Virus record (IMG/VR): IMGVR_UViG_3300024341_000001
Reading direction: 5' to 3' (one strand)
Origin: a virus
Lineage: Duplodnaviria > Heunggongvirae > Uroviricota > Caudoviricetes
DNA: 22,965 bases
Shown: piece by piece, positions 1 to 9,075 of the stretch
How the letters are laid out: every line of letters begins with the position of its first letter
Numbering within the stretch: the first letter of the stretch is position 1
Position numbers and translations under genes: made by a program
Notes under the pieces: generated by a model
What the model was told of the DNA's origin: nothing
The model's database searches: none
The model's input: the letters and a program-made list of their open reading frames with translations, nothing else

Positions 1-1434
1 TTAAACGTAATACAAAAAAGTTTATCTTCAGAAAAACCACGTTTTAATACATCATTACTGAGGCAAGTAATTTATAATATCGACGTAGCTATTGGAATTA
101 TAACCGGGGATCGATCACGCAAATTAGGACAAAAGTTTTTTAACGATATACTTACAAAAAAGAAAAGTGTCGGACAGGCCTTTAAAGATGTTATATTAGA
201 AGGTGTAGTTGCTGAGCATATAATGCTGGCTGAAGCATATATTTGGCATCTAACACAATTAGCAATCATAACCTCTGGCGCAAGTATCCTTGGTGTTGAA
301 ATAAAAGGTATCGATTTAACATTTGGGAAGTCCATCCCCGGCGTTGCAAAAGACCGCAATACAATATTAATACAACGACAACAACAATACAACACGTTAA
401 AAACACAATGGAGTAAAGATATACCGAAAGAAAATTCATTTTTGCAAACTTTATCTTGGATCGATACAAATAAGGGATTGGTTGCCACTCACGCTGTAAT
501 AAAAAAGCAGGTGGAATTAATTAAAAATTGGACGCTCAATTGGTCAACACTAAAGACTTCTGCTAAAGTACTATGGTATTCTTTGAGTCCAGCCAAGTCA
601 ATAATCGAAGAAGTAGAAGCTAGTGTTGCAAAACATCTGAAAGAAGTAGGAGATAGTGCTGCGGCAGGAACACTAACAAACGCCATTGCCAAACCAGTTT
701 TATTTAAAGCATGGACAGTTACTAAATTAGAAGGTGCAAAACAATTATTAGCACAACAAACCGAAGCGGGCGAAGCTTTTAACGCGGTGGCCAGTGATTT
801 CTATATAATAGAAAAAATACAAACATATTTAAATTCCACTGCGTATCAAAAGTATGATGAGGAAGCTATAGATAGCTTGTTAAAGCTCTCATTAGTTATT
901 ACAGGATTCGCTGTCACTGCACCGTTAAATAAAGCAGTATTACGTAGAGCTGTTGTGTTATTTACTGAAGTGCGGGCATTATTGTTACGCGCTATCGCCG
1001 AAGATACATATCTATTGTCTTTGTTAAAACAATTAAATATATTAAATAATCCGCTGGTTTCTGCGGTTACAAAAGCATTATCACAATTAGCACAGCAAAG
1101 TCCATTTGGCGCCGCGTTAGTAACTGGTTTGGTATCCGGCCAAACTGCTAATCTGGCAAATACATTAAGTAGCGTTGCAACGGCTATGATTGAAACGGCG
1201 TCCGGTGCAATAAATAATGTAAACAATCTATTTAAAAAAATAACTGGTGATTGTAATCATGCTAATAATAAATCTGGGCTAACAAATGCTAAAGTTGACG
1301 AAGAAGCGAAGATTCAAGGTAAACAAGTTGAACAAACAGCCAAGGCTGACGAAAACAAACCGCCAGATACCGCGCCTTGGTGGGAAGGAACTGGCGACGC
1401 AACATCAGACTTTTTTATGGGGCTGGCTTTATGA
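1..1434 (+). CDS. 5'-truncated ORF (open from window position 1; >=477 codons visible). Alpha-helical, Ala/Leu/Thr/Gln-rich, tail-associated protein of unknown function. It could be the C-terminal part of a tape-measure-like or baseplate-hub-associated protein.
   Basis: Frame 1 has no stop from nt 1 to the TGA at 1432-1434. The track's M at 223 is only the first internal Met. The composition is Ala/Leu/Gln-rich, low-complexity and helical (e.g. AAAGTLTNAIAKPVLFKAW, LLAQQTEAGEAFNAV). It sits immediately upstream of, and is translationally coupled by an ATGA overlap to, a gp25-like gene. The product call is inference from position and composition only. Confidence 0.55.
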   Translation, partial: LNVIQKSLSSEKPRFNTSLLRQVIYNIDVAIGIITGDRSRKLGQKFFNDILTKKKSVGQAFKDVILEGVVAEHIMLAEAYIWHLTQLAIITSGASILGVEIKGIDLTFGKSIPGVAKDRNTILIQRQQQYNTLKTQWSKDIPKENSFLQTLSWIDTNKGLVATHAVIKKQVELIKNWTLNWSTLKTSAKVLWYSLSPAKSIIEEVEASVAKHLKEVGDSAAAGTLTNAIAKPVLFKAWTVTKLEGAKQLLAQQTEAGEAFNAVASDFYIIEKIQTYLNSTAYQKYDEEAIDSLLKLSLVITGFAVTAPLNKAVLRRAVVLFTEVRALLLRAIAEDTYLLSLLKQLNILNNPLVSAVTKALSQLAQQSPFGAALVTGLVSGQTANLANTLSSVATAMIETASGAINNVNNLFKKITGDCNHANNKSGLTNAKVDEEAKIQGKQVEQTAKADENKPPDTAPWWEGTGDATSDFFMGLAL

Positions 1435-1931
1435 GTGCATATAATGAAATTTTTAAATCATCTGACACTGGACTAACTTTTGAATTAACTGAGAATTTAC
1501 CAACCTCGACCAAAGGTGTAAGTATGTCCATAGTCAGTGTCGATGAAAATACAGGTGAAATTTCGTTGACTTTTGGTGCGGCACCGAAAAAATCTACTGG
1601 TGTGCAAGTTTTATTAGATAAAATAACTCTTGCACTACTTACGACTTTTGGGGAAAGCTTATTTAATCCTGGTATGGGCTCTTTAATTACGCAGATAAAA
1701 GTCCAAAATACTTCTGATACATTAGAACTACATGTTCGAGTGACATCAGCGTTAGCATCGGTAAAAAAACAAATATTAGAAGCACAAGCCGGTCAAACAT
1801 TAGCAGCTAATCAACTACTAGTAGATTTACAATTAAGTGATATCTATTTAGATCCAACAGATAGTACAACAGTGCTGGTTGAGGTCATTGTGGTAACAGA
1901 AAGTAATGAAGAATATATATTAACGGTGTAA
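1431..1931 (+). CDS. Baseplate wedge protein, gp25 / GPW (PF04965-like) family, 166 aa
   Basis: The start is ATG 1431, overlapping the upstream stop (ATGA). The track's earlier TTG at 1377 is probably not the real start. The protein carries the family signature of T4 gp25 / P2 gpW proteins, read directly from the translation: 'KITLALLTTFGESLFNPGMGSLI'. This matches the L-L-T-x-x-G-E-x-x-x-x-P-x-x-G-S-x-L/I core. It sits immediately upstream of a Baseplate_J-like gene, the conserved W->J order. Confidence 0.65.
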   Translation: MSAYNEIFKSSDTGLTFELTENLPTSTKGVSMSIVSVDENTGEISLTFGAAPKKSTGVQVLLDKITLALLTTFGESLFNPGMGSLITQIKVQNTSDTLELHVRVTSALASVKKQILEAQAGQTLAANQLLVDLQLSDIYLDPTDSTTVLVEVIVVTESNEEYILTV

Positions 1932-1932
1932 T

Positions 1933-3285
1933 ATGTTAACAACAAGAGAATACATAAAAATAATTTTAAAAGCTAAACTGCCAAATCTAGATGTATCAGA
2001 TAATTCTCCACTGTCTGAATTATTTGTGAATCCAGCTGCGGCCATGATGGACCCGGTACTTACTCAATTAAAATATTTATTAGATAATTTGGGATTGAAA
2101 GACCCAGAGAAGATCAACCCCGACGAACTAGATGCTATCGGCAGTAATTTTTTAGTTTACCGCAGACAAGCGATTCCATCCACTGGTTATGTAGAAATGT
2201 TTTATGATATCGCACAAAACATATCGATCCCAATTGGTACAACTTTTACTGCATTGGATAGTCGTATATATGCAACGACAAAAACATTTACTATATCTGA
2301 AGGAACCATGAATGCCAATTTATGGCGATTCCCCTTATATTCCACTGGATTGATTCCCGTAGTAGCTACATATGACACATTGGGAACACCACTTGATCCA
2401 AATTCTATTACATCAACTGATTTTGCTATTGAACCGTCGCAGATAACGAACCCAGTAGCGTTTGCCGCCGGGATATTAGCAGAGACAAATACTGAATATG
2501 CCGAAAGATTAATAAACGCCGTAATGAACCGAAGTCTTGCCAGCGAACAGAGTTTTAATAATCTTATTACTGAAAATTTTCCGTCAGTATATGAAACAGT
2601 AGTTATTGGTGCAGGCGATGATCGTATGGTACGTGACTTACATTATTCAGGGGTTGAATCATTGGAAAATTATTATTTGGTTGACTATAGGGGAAAGATC
2701 AGCGTCACAGATTTTTATATTTCTGCCTCTGGAGGATATTACATAAGAACAAGCGGTTTGTTTGATTCGGTACCATCATTTGATGAATATCCGTATACTC
2801 AAAGTAAAGCATATTGGACGTTATTTTATGATGACCCCACCACGTCAGGATTAGTACCCGATATGCCTATACCAGATGAATATATAACACAATTTACTAC
2901 TGCGCAGTATGCAAATATTTATTATTTAAAAGATGCTTATAAGACAACCTTACAGACAACATTATTATTGCAAGATCCTTTTGTTGGCGGAGCTTTGGAT
3001 CCGAAGTGGATTGCGGGAGACGCATATGTTGGCACAAGCTCGTTGTGGAATGCTTATGAAATTGCTGCCACTGATGATGGTGTAAGACTTGGATACATTC
3101 CAGCTGCGGCGGTTTTAGAACAAACTCCTATCCCTGTTAGCAAACGATTTATGACTTTGATAAAAAATGTTATTAATTTGGCACTTACTCAAAATCCATC
3201 TTATGCATCAATGATAGATCAAAACGCATTATCTACCAATTTACTAGATGCGTTGGGAATAGAAAATAAATTCACAGAGGATTAA
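1933..3285 (+). CDS. Baseplate J-like protein (T4 gp6 / P2 gpJ / XkdT family), 450 aa
   Basis: The N-terminal region 'SPLSELFVNPAAAMMDPVLTQLKYLLDNL...LDAIGSNFLVYRRQAIPSTGYVEMFY' resembles the Baseplate_J (PF04865) N-terminal consensus, which has the form ...L...A.el.el...ld.....f..tA.g..Ld.l....G..R..a..A.G.v.f. Position directly after a gp25-like gene also fits. There is 1-nt spacing from the upstream stop (TAA 1929-1931, ATG 1933). Confidence 0.6.
   Translation: MLTTREYIKIILKAKLPNLDVSDNSPLSELFVNPAAAMMDPVLTQLKYLLDNLGLKDPEKINPDELDAIGSNFLVYRRQAIPSTGYVEMFYDIAQNISIPIGTTFTALDSRIYATTKTFTISEGTMNANLWRFPLYSTGLIPVVATYDTLGTPLDPNSITSTDFAIEPSQITNPVAFAAGILAETNTEYAERLINAVMNRSLASEQSFNNLITENFPSVYETVVIGAGDDRMVRDLHYSGVESLENYYLVDYRGKISVTDFYISASGGYYIRTSGLFDSVPSFDEYPYTQSKAYWTLFYDDPTTSGLVPDMPIPDEYITQFTTAQYANIYYLKDAYKTTLQTTLLLQDPFVGGALDPKWIAGDAYVGTSSLWNAYEIAATDDGVRLGYIPAAAVLEQTPIPVSKRFMTLIKNVINLALTQNPSYASMIDQNALSTNLLDALGIENKFTED
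3275..3280 (+). promoter_or_regulatory. Shine-Dalgarno AGAGGA, 7 nt upstream of ATG 3288
   Basis: cacAGAGGAttaaatATG. Confidence 0.5.
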
Positions 3286-3287
3286 AT

Positions 3288-4931
3288 ATGCAAGAACAAT
3301 TACAATTAATACAGGATACAATTTCAAATATTAACACTATGTTAAGTACACCAAAAGCGGAAAATTATTTGCCGATATTACACACGCCGCTAACTGTACA
3401 TAATGGAATTAGCGTCACTGGTAATTTTAAAACAAGTGATATCAATAGAAAACTAAGTTATATAACTGTGTTAAGACAAGAAAATTCTATTGCCCCCTCC
3501 GATGGATTAGGTTTTGCGTGGTACTCGGCTGGTGGAACTGAATACAATGTATATCTGGTAGATAGTAATCCATTAACCGATGATATAATGTTTACAGATA
3601 AGTTTGTATTACAAAATGTTGGGGAGAATTCGTTTCTTGCTGCGGCATCTGGGATTATTAATCCAAATACAAAATATTCGTTTAGAATGGATATCGGTCA
3701 AAATTATTCTTTAGATGTCTGGATTTGGGACTTTGCATTAGGCGGTTTCAATGAATCTTTACCAAATATGATACATGTGTCGCACGGAGGCTTTGTTCCA
3801 AGATCGAATGGGACACATTTTGGTATAGCAGTATTAGAAACTAATGGGGCTGAATGGTATTATGATGATCTTCAAATCGCTAGTTTGAATTCGCTACATA
3901 CAGTGGCGATGTTTGAACTAAAGGCGGAACCTTCTAAATTTCCTAATGGAACCACAGCAACAATAAAATATCATGGATATGGAATGGATGGTACTACTGC
4001 CGGCATCAACGGATATATCTGGAATAGATTATTAGAAGAATGGGAATTATTTGGAACACATTCATATAATAGCACAATTTCTCCAGAGTTGGCAGTGTTA
4101 AGCACTACTATAACATTATCAAGTACTTATAGAGATACGGATAACTTTGTACGTATTTGTGTAACTACACCAACTGCCGAAATAGATGTAAGTAATGTTA
4201 CTACTTATTATGTAAGCATCGAAAACACATCACCGTCGGGAATACATGTTGGAGGAAAGTCTGATATATATGTATATGATCCTGAGAAAATAATGGAAGG
4301 AACACAGACTTTATCAACTAGCGATGGTCGTATAAATCTGACTAATGTCGAAGGTGTAGTATTGCCTTTATTTAATGTCGCAAAAATAATCACGACTGTG
4401 CAACAAACTGAGTTGGTCGAGGGTACCGACTGGAACTTGTTTAGTGAAAATGTAGGAAATGCTTATTCCACTAGAGACGTTCCATACTTAGCAATATCGC
4501 CTGATTATTTAGATATTGATCTAGATATAACATATAGATATTATAGCGATGGAGTGGGTTTACAAGCCTTACTAGATGCTCCAGAAAATCGATTTATTGG
4601 AACAGATAGTCTAGGCAAAATAATGCCTCCGGCATTACTATTTGTGAATACCTTGGTATACAGCGGATCGTTGACATTGGATAAAGCATACAAAACCATA
4701 AAAGATTATGTGATAGGTACGAAAACTATAACAATATCCGAAATAATATCTAAATTAATGGCGGCAGGTGCCACATATATAGATGTCTCTACAATAGATA
4801 TTTCAATTCGAGAGTGGAATGAGCAGAGAACACTTACTCGTGAAGTAGATATTGTAACAAGTTATACAGTTCCGTCTTTACATGGACTATATGCTGACGA
4901 ATACACAATGACTGGATTAACAAAACAATGA
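3288..4931 (+). CDS. Baseplate/tail structural protein, 547 aa. It is possibly a gp7-like wedge component or the distal part of a split baseplate-J, and has a beta-rich (lectin/jelly-roll-like) N-terminal half.
   Basis: A long uninterrupted ORF in AT-rich DNA. The ribosome-binding site AGAGGA lies at 3275-3280, 7 nt before ATG 3288. The product is beta-rich (many Y/T/S/G/N). Function is inferred only from its position between the J-like gene and the fibre genes. Confidence 0.5.
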   Translation: MQEQLQLIQDTISNINTMLSTPKAENYLPILHTPLTVHNGISVTGNFKTSDINRKLSYITVLRQENSIAPSDGLGFAWYSAGGTEYNVYLVDSNPLTDDIMFTDKFVLQNVGENSFLAAASGIINPNTKYSFRMDIGQNYSLDVWIWDFALGGFNESLPNMIHVSHGGFVPRSNGTHFGIAVLETNGAEWYYDDLQIASLNSLHTVAMFELKAEPSKFPNGTTATIKYHGYGMDGTTAGINGYIWNRLLEEWELFGTHSYNSTISPELAVLSTTITLSSTYRDTDNFVRICVTTPTAEIDVSNVTTYYVSIENTSPSGIHVGGKSDIYVYDPEKIMEGTQTLSTSDGRINLTNVEGVVLPLFNVAKIITTVQQTELVEGTDWNLFSENVGNAYSTRDVPYLAISPDYLDIDLDITYRYYSDGVGLQALLDAPENRFIGTDSLGKIMPPALLFVNTLVYSGSLTLDKAYKTIKDYVIGTKTITISEIISKLMAAGATYIDVSTIDISIREWNEQRTLTREVDIVTSYTVPSLHGLYADEYTMTGLTKQ

Positions 4932-5956
4932 TAACAGTAAATCGCAATGCTCAAGATTTATGGAATTACTTAAGCGATGCTTGGTCAAAGGTTGTAGACA
5001 AAACCAATGTAGAAGCTGAGTGGGAAACATTGTCTAGCGGTATAGAGCGTTTGTCCACATTTATGATGGATGTTCAAAATTCTAGATCACTGGAATATTT
5101 GCCCCCAATTATAGAGGAAGGTCCATTAACTTATACATTTGTATGCTCAGGGATTGAAGACTTAATTAATGTAATGGAGGATCCTACTGTAATATTTAAG
5201 TATTATCTGGATGACTGGATTTTAACTATTCCAACGATGGAACAAAGATATAGTTATCTGGCTAGCGGAGTAGATCACGTTTATATCGAAGGAGTAGATT
5301 ATTCAATATCTGGAATGAATACTTTGTATTGGCTAAGAGATCCGTTTTGGGATGAACGTTACACAAACTTAGAAGTATTCACTGTTTCGGTACCATTAGT
5401 ATATAGAGTTAATCCTGTCTTGCTCGGAACTTGGGCCCGTATGGTAAATATTGATATTGAAAAATTTAATTCATATAATATTTATAAGACAAATACTTCA
5501 GAAAATAAGTATAAACATTTGAAATTTTTAATATGGGCGTTATTGAATAAACAGTTAGAAAAGCCTACGATTAAAATATTACAGGATGGTTTATCTATAG
5601 CGCTGGGGTTACCTTTTGCGTATGAAGGTGGTACAGTTGAATACGTATATAGCGAAGGCATATATACAGTTACAGTTGGTAATGAACAATATTTAATACC
5701 CTCTGGTTTTAACATTGTCGCCTCAGGTACAGAACTTGATCAATTTGATTTATTGGTTTCCGGAATAAATGTATGGGATTATTATAATAATCCAACAAAA
5801 ATAGGACAGTATACTAACGCGTTAACACAATATAACACGTTACTAATAGAAAATAATATTGAAAACTTAACATATAATGTGACATTTTACGAGGACTATC
5901 GTGATAAATTGTTACCTATACATTTCCATAAAATATATTTAGGATTCGAGGAATAA
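4928..5956 (+). CDS. Baseplate-associated protein, 342 aa. It is possibly a P2 gpI / XkdU-like wedge protein, but the assignment is weak.
   Basis: The start overlaps the upstream stop (ATGA at 4928-4931), indicating translational coupling. Its position after the J-like protein, where gpI-like genes usually sit, is the only functional clue. I cannot point to a diagnostic motif. Confidence 0.45.
   Translation: MITVNRNAQDLWNYLSDAWSKVVDKTNVEAEWETLSSGIERLSTFMMDVQNSRSLEYLPPIIEEGPLTYTFVCSGIEDLINVMEDPTVIFKYYLDDWILTIPTMEQRYSYLASGVDHVYIEGVDYSISGMNTLYWLRDPFWDERYTNLEVFTVSVPLVYRVNPVLLGTWARMVNIDIEKFNSYNIYKTNTSENKYKHLKFLIWALLNKQLEKPTIKILQDGLSIALGLPFAYEGGTVEYVYSEGIYTVTVGNEQYLIPSGFNIVASGTELDQFDLLVSGINVWDYYNNPTKIGQYTNALTQYNTLLIENNIENLTYNVTFYEDYRDKLLPIHFHKIYLGFEE
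5948..5953 (+). promoter_or_regulatory. Shine-Dalgarno GAGGAA, 4 nt upstream of ATG 5958
   Basis: ggattcGAGGAAtaatATG. Confidence 0.55.
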
Positions 5957-5957
5957 T

Positions 5958-8828
5958 ATGAATAAAGTATTAGCAAAAAATGGTGCACGTCATAATTTAG
6001 AACAATTATTTACTGATTTACAAACTTATATAAAAAATGGTATAGCCAATTCATTAGGAGCATTTATAGAGACTTTTGGTATTATAGCCGAACGTGCACA
6101 AGATGGTACGGTTGCTGCAGCTGATACCACGTTAAAGGCATCTTACACAACACCTGGGTTTATAAATATAGCCGCAGGTACGGCCTTGACCGAGAATCTC
6201 GAGTTCTTAGATGTTGAGTCGCCACAAACGTTTGCTCTACCCGGCACCAACGGTGTGCATACGTTATACATTTATAGCAGTCCAGATAATTCTGGATATA
6301 CTGCGGTGATGAATGGTTTTAAATATACTGCGGGAGAAAACTTAACACCAACCAGAGAAATTGATGGATATGATTTCGCTTGGGATACGGTAACATCTGG
6401 ATTATTAATAGCAGATATTACAGTTTCCGGCGTAGTAGTAACGGCTATAGATGACCGAAGGGATGAGAATTTATTCGTATTAAAAACTGATCCGTTACCA
6501 GGTTATGTCGTACGTACAGATTTTACTGACAGACAAACAATAAGCGGTCCTGTTACAGTTACCACATCTTTAAAAGTTGGGGGCTCAGAGGTATTGACTG
6601 AAGGTACAGCTCCGACCAAACCAGAATTATTTGTAATTAAGGACGTTTTACCGGCAGAAATAATTGAGCACATAGACACTACTATGGACGCATTTTTGCC
6701 AATAGATACAAAGAAAGCAATGGCTAGTACTAACGTTACAGTAAAATTAGCTTGGGGTATAGTAAATGCCACAGCAACTGACGGCGGCGGTGGTGGTATA
6801 CTGACTATTCCACAGTTATCATATATATCAACAGTTCCTTATTCGGCTGCAAATGCATTGGTAGGATTGCACTTATATCATCATACATGGAACAAAGACT
6901 ATGAAATAACAGTTAGTTCATACGCTACTAATACATATACAATTACGATACGTAATTTAGATGGTAGTACCCCATCAGAAAATTTAGCTGGTACTGTCAC
7001 GATACACGATGATGCAGAATTTTATGAGATTGTTGCAATACCATATGATACTGGACAACAAGATCGACAGCAGATTCGAGAATGGTCGATAAAATATACA
7101 ATTACAGATGTTAATGGTAATTTAGTTGTATTTCCGGAGGCGACAGTTGATTTACCGTTAGGACAAAAATATTCCATATCCGTTAGAAGTTGTACGCAGT
7201 TTATGAAATCGGCGTATCAACAATTAAACTCCAACTGTTCTTATACTAAAGAAGAGGAGCCTTTAAAATATGAAAATTCTGGTGTGGTTAGTTACACAAT
7301 TCCATATATAACAAAAATTGCATTATTGAATAATTCTAATGCATCTGTTACTGCCACTCCTACATACGCAGGCTTTAAAGTTGCTATAAATCCTGGTACC
7401 ACCAGTTCAGCTGGTTGGACTCTAGCAACCGCATATGAAGTGTTGTACACATCGGCAACAGGTGGTGTAAATTTAACTACACCAAATTATCAACGTGTGG
7501 TGACTAATCACACTGAAGTAGAAATTTCTACCCCCGGTAGATATACTTATGGAATCACTGTTAGACCATTAGTAGGCGGACAAGTTGCAGTATCGACCGG
7601 ACTATCTACTACTGTAGTATCAGGCGGAGGTGGTGCTGCACCTAATGATAGTATTATAGTGCAAACACCTATTAACTTTCGAACGTTTCAGGGTATCATA
7701 GATGCTACGATTTATGGCGGTACTGGTTACGGTGGTGGGAGCGAACACTATAGTGTGGTCAGAGTTAAAGATGTAGTTACTCCTGCCTATAGTGGATTAG
7801 TATCTGAAAGTGTATCAGTAGTAAACGGTACGTTCGGTTCCAACATTGCTGGATGGACAAACTTCTTTGGATATGATATGACCAGCGGTCATGGAAATAC
7901 AGCATGGGTGAACGCAGCAGACTGGGGTGGTATTACCGGCGGTCACGTAAAAATGGGTGTAAATAGCACTGCCGATCCAATGCAGGCTGCAATATGTCAG
8001 GAATTTGTAATACCGTCAGGAGTTAGTTCGATTGAGATGAGTTTTGAGGTATCATATGAAGGCTCGACGCCACAACATACTTTGGGAGTAATGTTGCGAC
8101 AATCTATTGCAGGCACTGCTGCGCCTTGCGCGGCAACAAATTTATATCAAGGCACAATACCAGCAAATTTCTCTGCGAAGACGACAAAAACAATTTCTGC
8201 ATCAATACCGACAGGGACAGTTGGAAAAACTATCTATTTAGTGATTTACGCTACGGGCGGGCAATCAGGATATTTTCATATAGATAATGTAACCGGCACA
8301 TGGACAAGGGACACGAATACATCTAGAACGGTATTGACCAGAGAAATAATAGGCGAGGTATTTTCGGATGAAACGTCAGGACGAACATATATAGTAGCGG
8401 ATATTTTAGATCAAAATGATCAAGGCACTACTATGGTGTTACGTGCGATGAACGGGTCTACCGCCGATCCTACGGTAAATAGTATATTCCGTATTGGTAC
8501 AACAGAACGCGGCCGAACTGTGTACGTGGCGAAAGGGTTATTAATTGATTACGAAATAACCAAAGCATATTTTGATTGTGATGTTCTTGTTGGACGCAAA
8601 TGTCGTATGCGTTGGTATCAAGAAGGAGTAACTGGTAAAGCGCTGGCAGATTCACTGCTGATTACCGGGAGCGACGTAGGTTTCGTACAAACTAGCGACG
8701 TTGTTATAAAAGAAGATTATGGAGACCGTAACATAATTGTGGATCTTTATGATGATGGAACAGATCCAGATAATTATTCAGGAGTAACAGGAACTATAGT
8801 GATATTTGGGCGACCGGCACTAAATTAA
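5958..8828 (+). CDS. Tail-fibre / fibre-adaptor protein, 956 aa. It contains poly-Gly hinges and a C-terminal CBM4/9-like carbohydrate-binding beta-sandwich.
   Basis: The ribosome-binding site GAGGAA lies at 5948-5953 before ATG 5958. Two Gly runs act as flexible linkers: 'TDGGGGGILTIP' at about 6781-6798 and 'VSGGGGAAPNDS' at about 7621-7640. The C-terminal segment 'GSNIAGWTNFFGYDMTSGHGNTAW...GYFHIDNVTG' (about 7821-8300) has the G-W...G...ending h-hDNV pattern of CBM_4_9 / galactose-binding-like domains. The same fold recurs in the giant ORF downstream. Confidence 0.55.
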   Translation: MNKVLAKNGARHNLEQLFTDLQTYIKNGIANSLGAFIETFGIIAERAQDGTVAAADTTLKASYTTPGFINIAAGTALTENLEFLDVESPQTFALPGTNGVHTLYIYSSPDNSGYTAVMNGFKYTAGENLTPTREIDGYDFAWDTVTSGLLIADITVSGVVVTAIDDRRDENLFVLKTDPLPGYVVRTDFTDRQTISGPVTVTTSLKVGGSEVLTEGTAPTKPELFVIKDVLPAEIIEHIDTTMDAFLPIDTKKAMASTNVTVKLAWGIVNATATDGGGGGILTIPQLSYISTVPYSAANALVGLHLYHHTWNKDYEITVSSYATNTYTITIRNLDGSTPSENLAGTVTIHDDAEFYEIVAIPYDTGQQDRQQIREWSIKYTITDVNGNLVVFPEATVDLPLGQKYSISVRSCTQFMKSAYQQLNSNCSYTKEEEPLKYENSGVVSYTIPYITKIALLNNSNASVTATPTYAGFKVAINPGTTSSAGWTLATAYEVLYTSATGGVNLTTPNYQRVVTNHTEVEISTPGRYTYGITVRPLVGGQVAVSTGLSTTVVSGGGGAAPNDSIIVQTPINFRTFQGIIDATIYGGTGYGGGSEHYSVVRVKDVVTPAYSGLVSESVSVVNGTFGSNIAGWTNFFGYDMTSGHGNTAWVNAADWGGITGGHVKMGVNSTADPMQAAICQEFVIPSGVSSIEMSFEVSYEGSTPQHTLGVMLRQSIAGTAAPCAATNLYQGTIPANFSAKTTKTISASIPTGTVGKTIYLVIYATGGQSGYFHIDNVTGTWTRDTNTSRTVLTREIIGEVFSDETSGRTYIVADILDQNDQGTTMVLRAMNGSTADPTVNSIFRIGTTERGRTVYVAKGLLIDYEITKAYFDCDVLVGRKCRMRWYQEGVTGKALADSLLITGSDVGFVQTSDVVIKEDYGDRNIIVDLYDDGTDPDNYSGVTGTIVIFGRPALN
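7821..8300 (+). other. CBM4/9-like (galactose-binding-like) beta-sandwich domain, C-terminus of the 956-aa protein
   Basis: Pattern N-G-x-F......GW.......G......ending in 'GYFHIDNVT', read from the translation. Confidence 0.4.
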
Positions 8829-8832
8829 GAGG
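8827..8832 (+). promoter_or_regulatory. Shine-Dalgarno AAGAGG for the giant ORF. It overlaps the TAA stop of the 956-aa gene, with a 5-nt spacer to ATG 8838.
   Basis: Read directly: ...cta aat TAA GAGGTT TAA ATG... Confidence 0.6.
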
Positions 8833-8837
8833 TTTAA

Positions 8838-9075
8838 ATGGCAACATCTTACAAAATAGAAAATCATCGAATAACAATTGAAGGCAAAAAATTCCATACC
8901 AACGGAAATCCAGTAATTGGTGTCTATATTCAATTACTACGAGCAGATACACAAGAAATCATTGGTTATACCACAACAGATGAAGATGGTTACTGGAGTA
9001 TAACGAAAGACGAAAGTGAAATTCCATCCGGACGGTATCATATAAAATTTATTGGTAGCGGAATGATTCAAGCGA
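8838..9075 (+). other. N-terminal transthyretin / carboxypeptidase-regulatory-like (CarbopepD_reg-like) beta-sandwich domain of the giant ORF
   Basis: 'HRITIEGKKFHTNGNPVIGVYIQLLRADTQEIIGYTTTDEDGYWSI...GRYHIKFIGSG' follows the G-x-V-x-D...G.p..gA.V.l......tTd.dG.f.f..l..G.Y.l pattern typical of this fold. The fold is common at N-termini of phage fibre and spike proteins. Confidence 0.4.

Noticed and set aside
1405-1434. Possible programmed -1 frameshift at the T6 run (1411-1416) fusing the upstream alpha-helical ORF to the gp25-like protein
   Set aside because: The heptamer is C_TTT_TTT, not a canonical X_XXY_YYZ in the zero frame, and no downstream stem-loop or pseudoknot is evident. The ATGA overlap explains the arrangement by simple translational coupling. 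Known phage tail frameshifts sit in the chaperone upstream of the tape-measure gene, not at a hub/gp25 junction. I keep it only as a remote possibility.
1377-1931. TTG start at 1377 for the gp25-like gene (as in the ORF track), giving a 58-bp overlap with the upstream gene
   Set aside because: ATG 1431 gives a classical ATGA stop/start overlap and a protein that begins just before the conserved gp25 core. The extra 18 residues from TTG 1377 ('MVGRNWRRNIRLFYGAGF') look like out-of-frame read-through of the upstream gene's C-terminus.
6781-7640. Poly-G runs (ggcggcggtggtggt at about 6782-6796; ggcggaggtggtgct at about 7623-7637) as G-quadruplex or regulatory elements
   Set aside because: They are in frame and encode GGGGG / GGGGA linkers within the 956-aa protein. 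The G-tracts are too short and interrupted for a stable quadruplex. I interpret them as flexible protein hinges.
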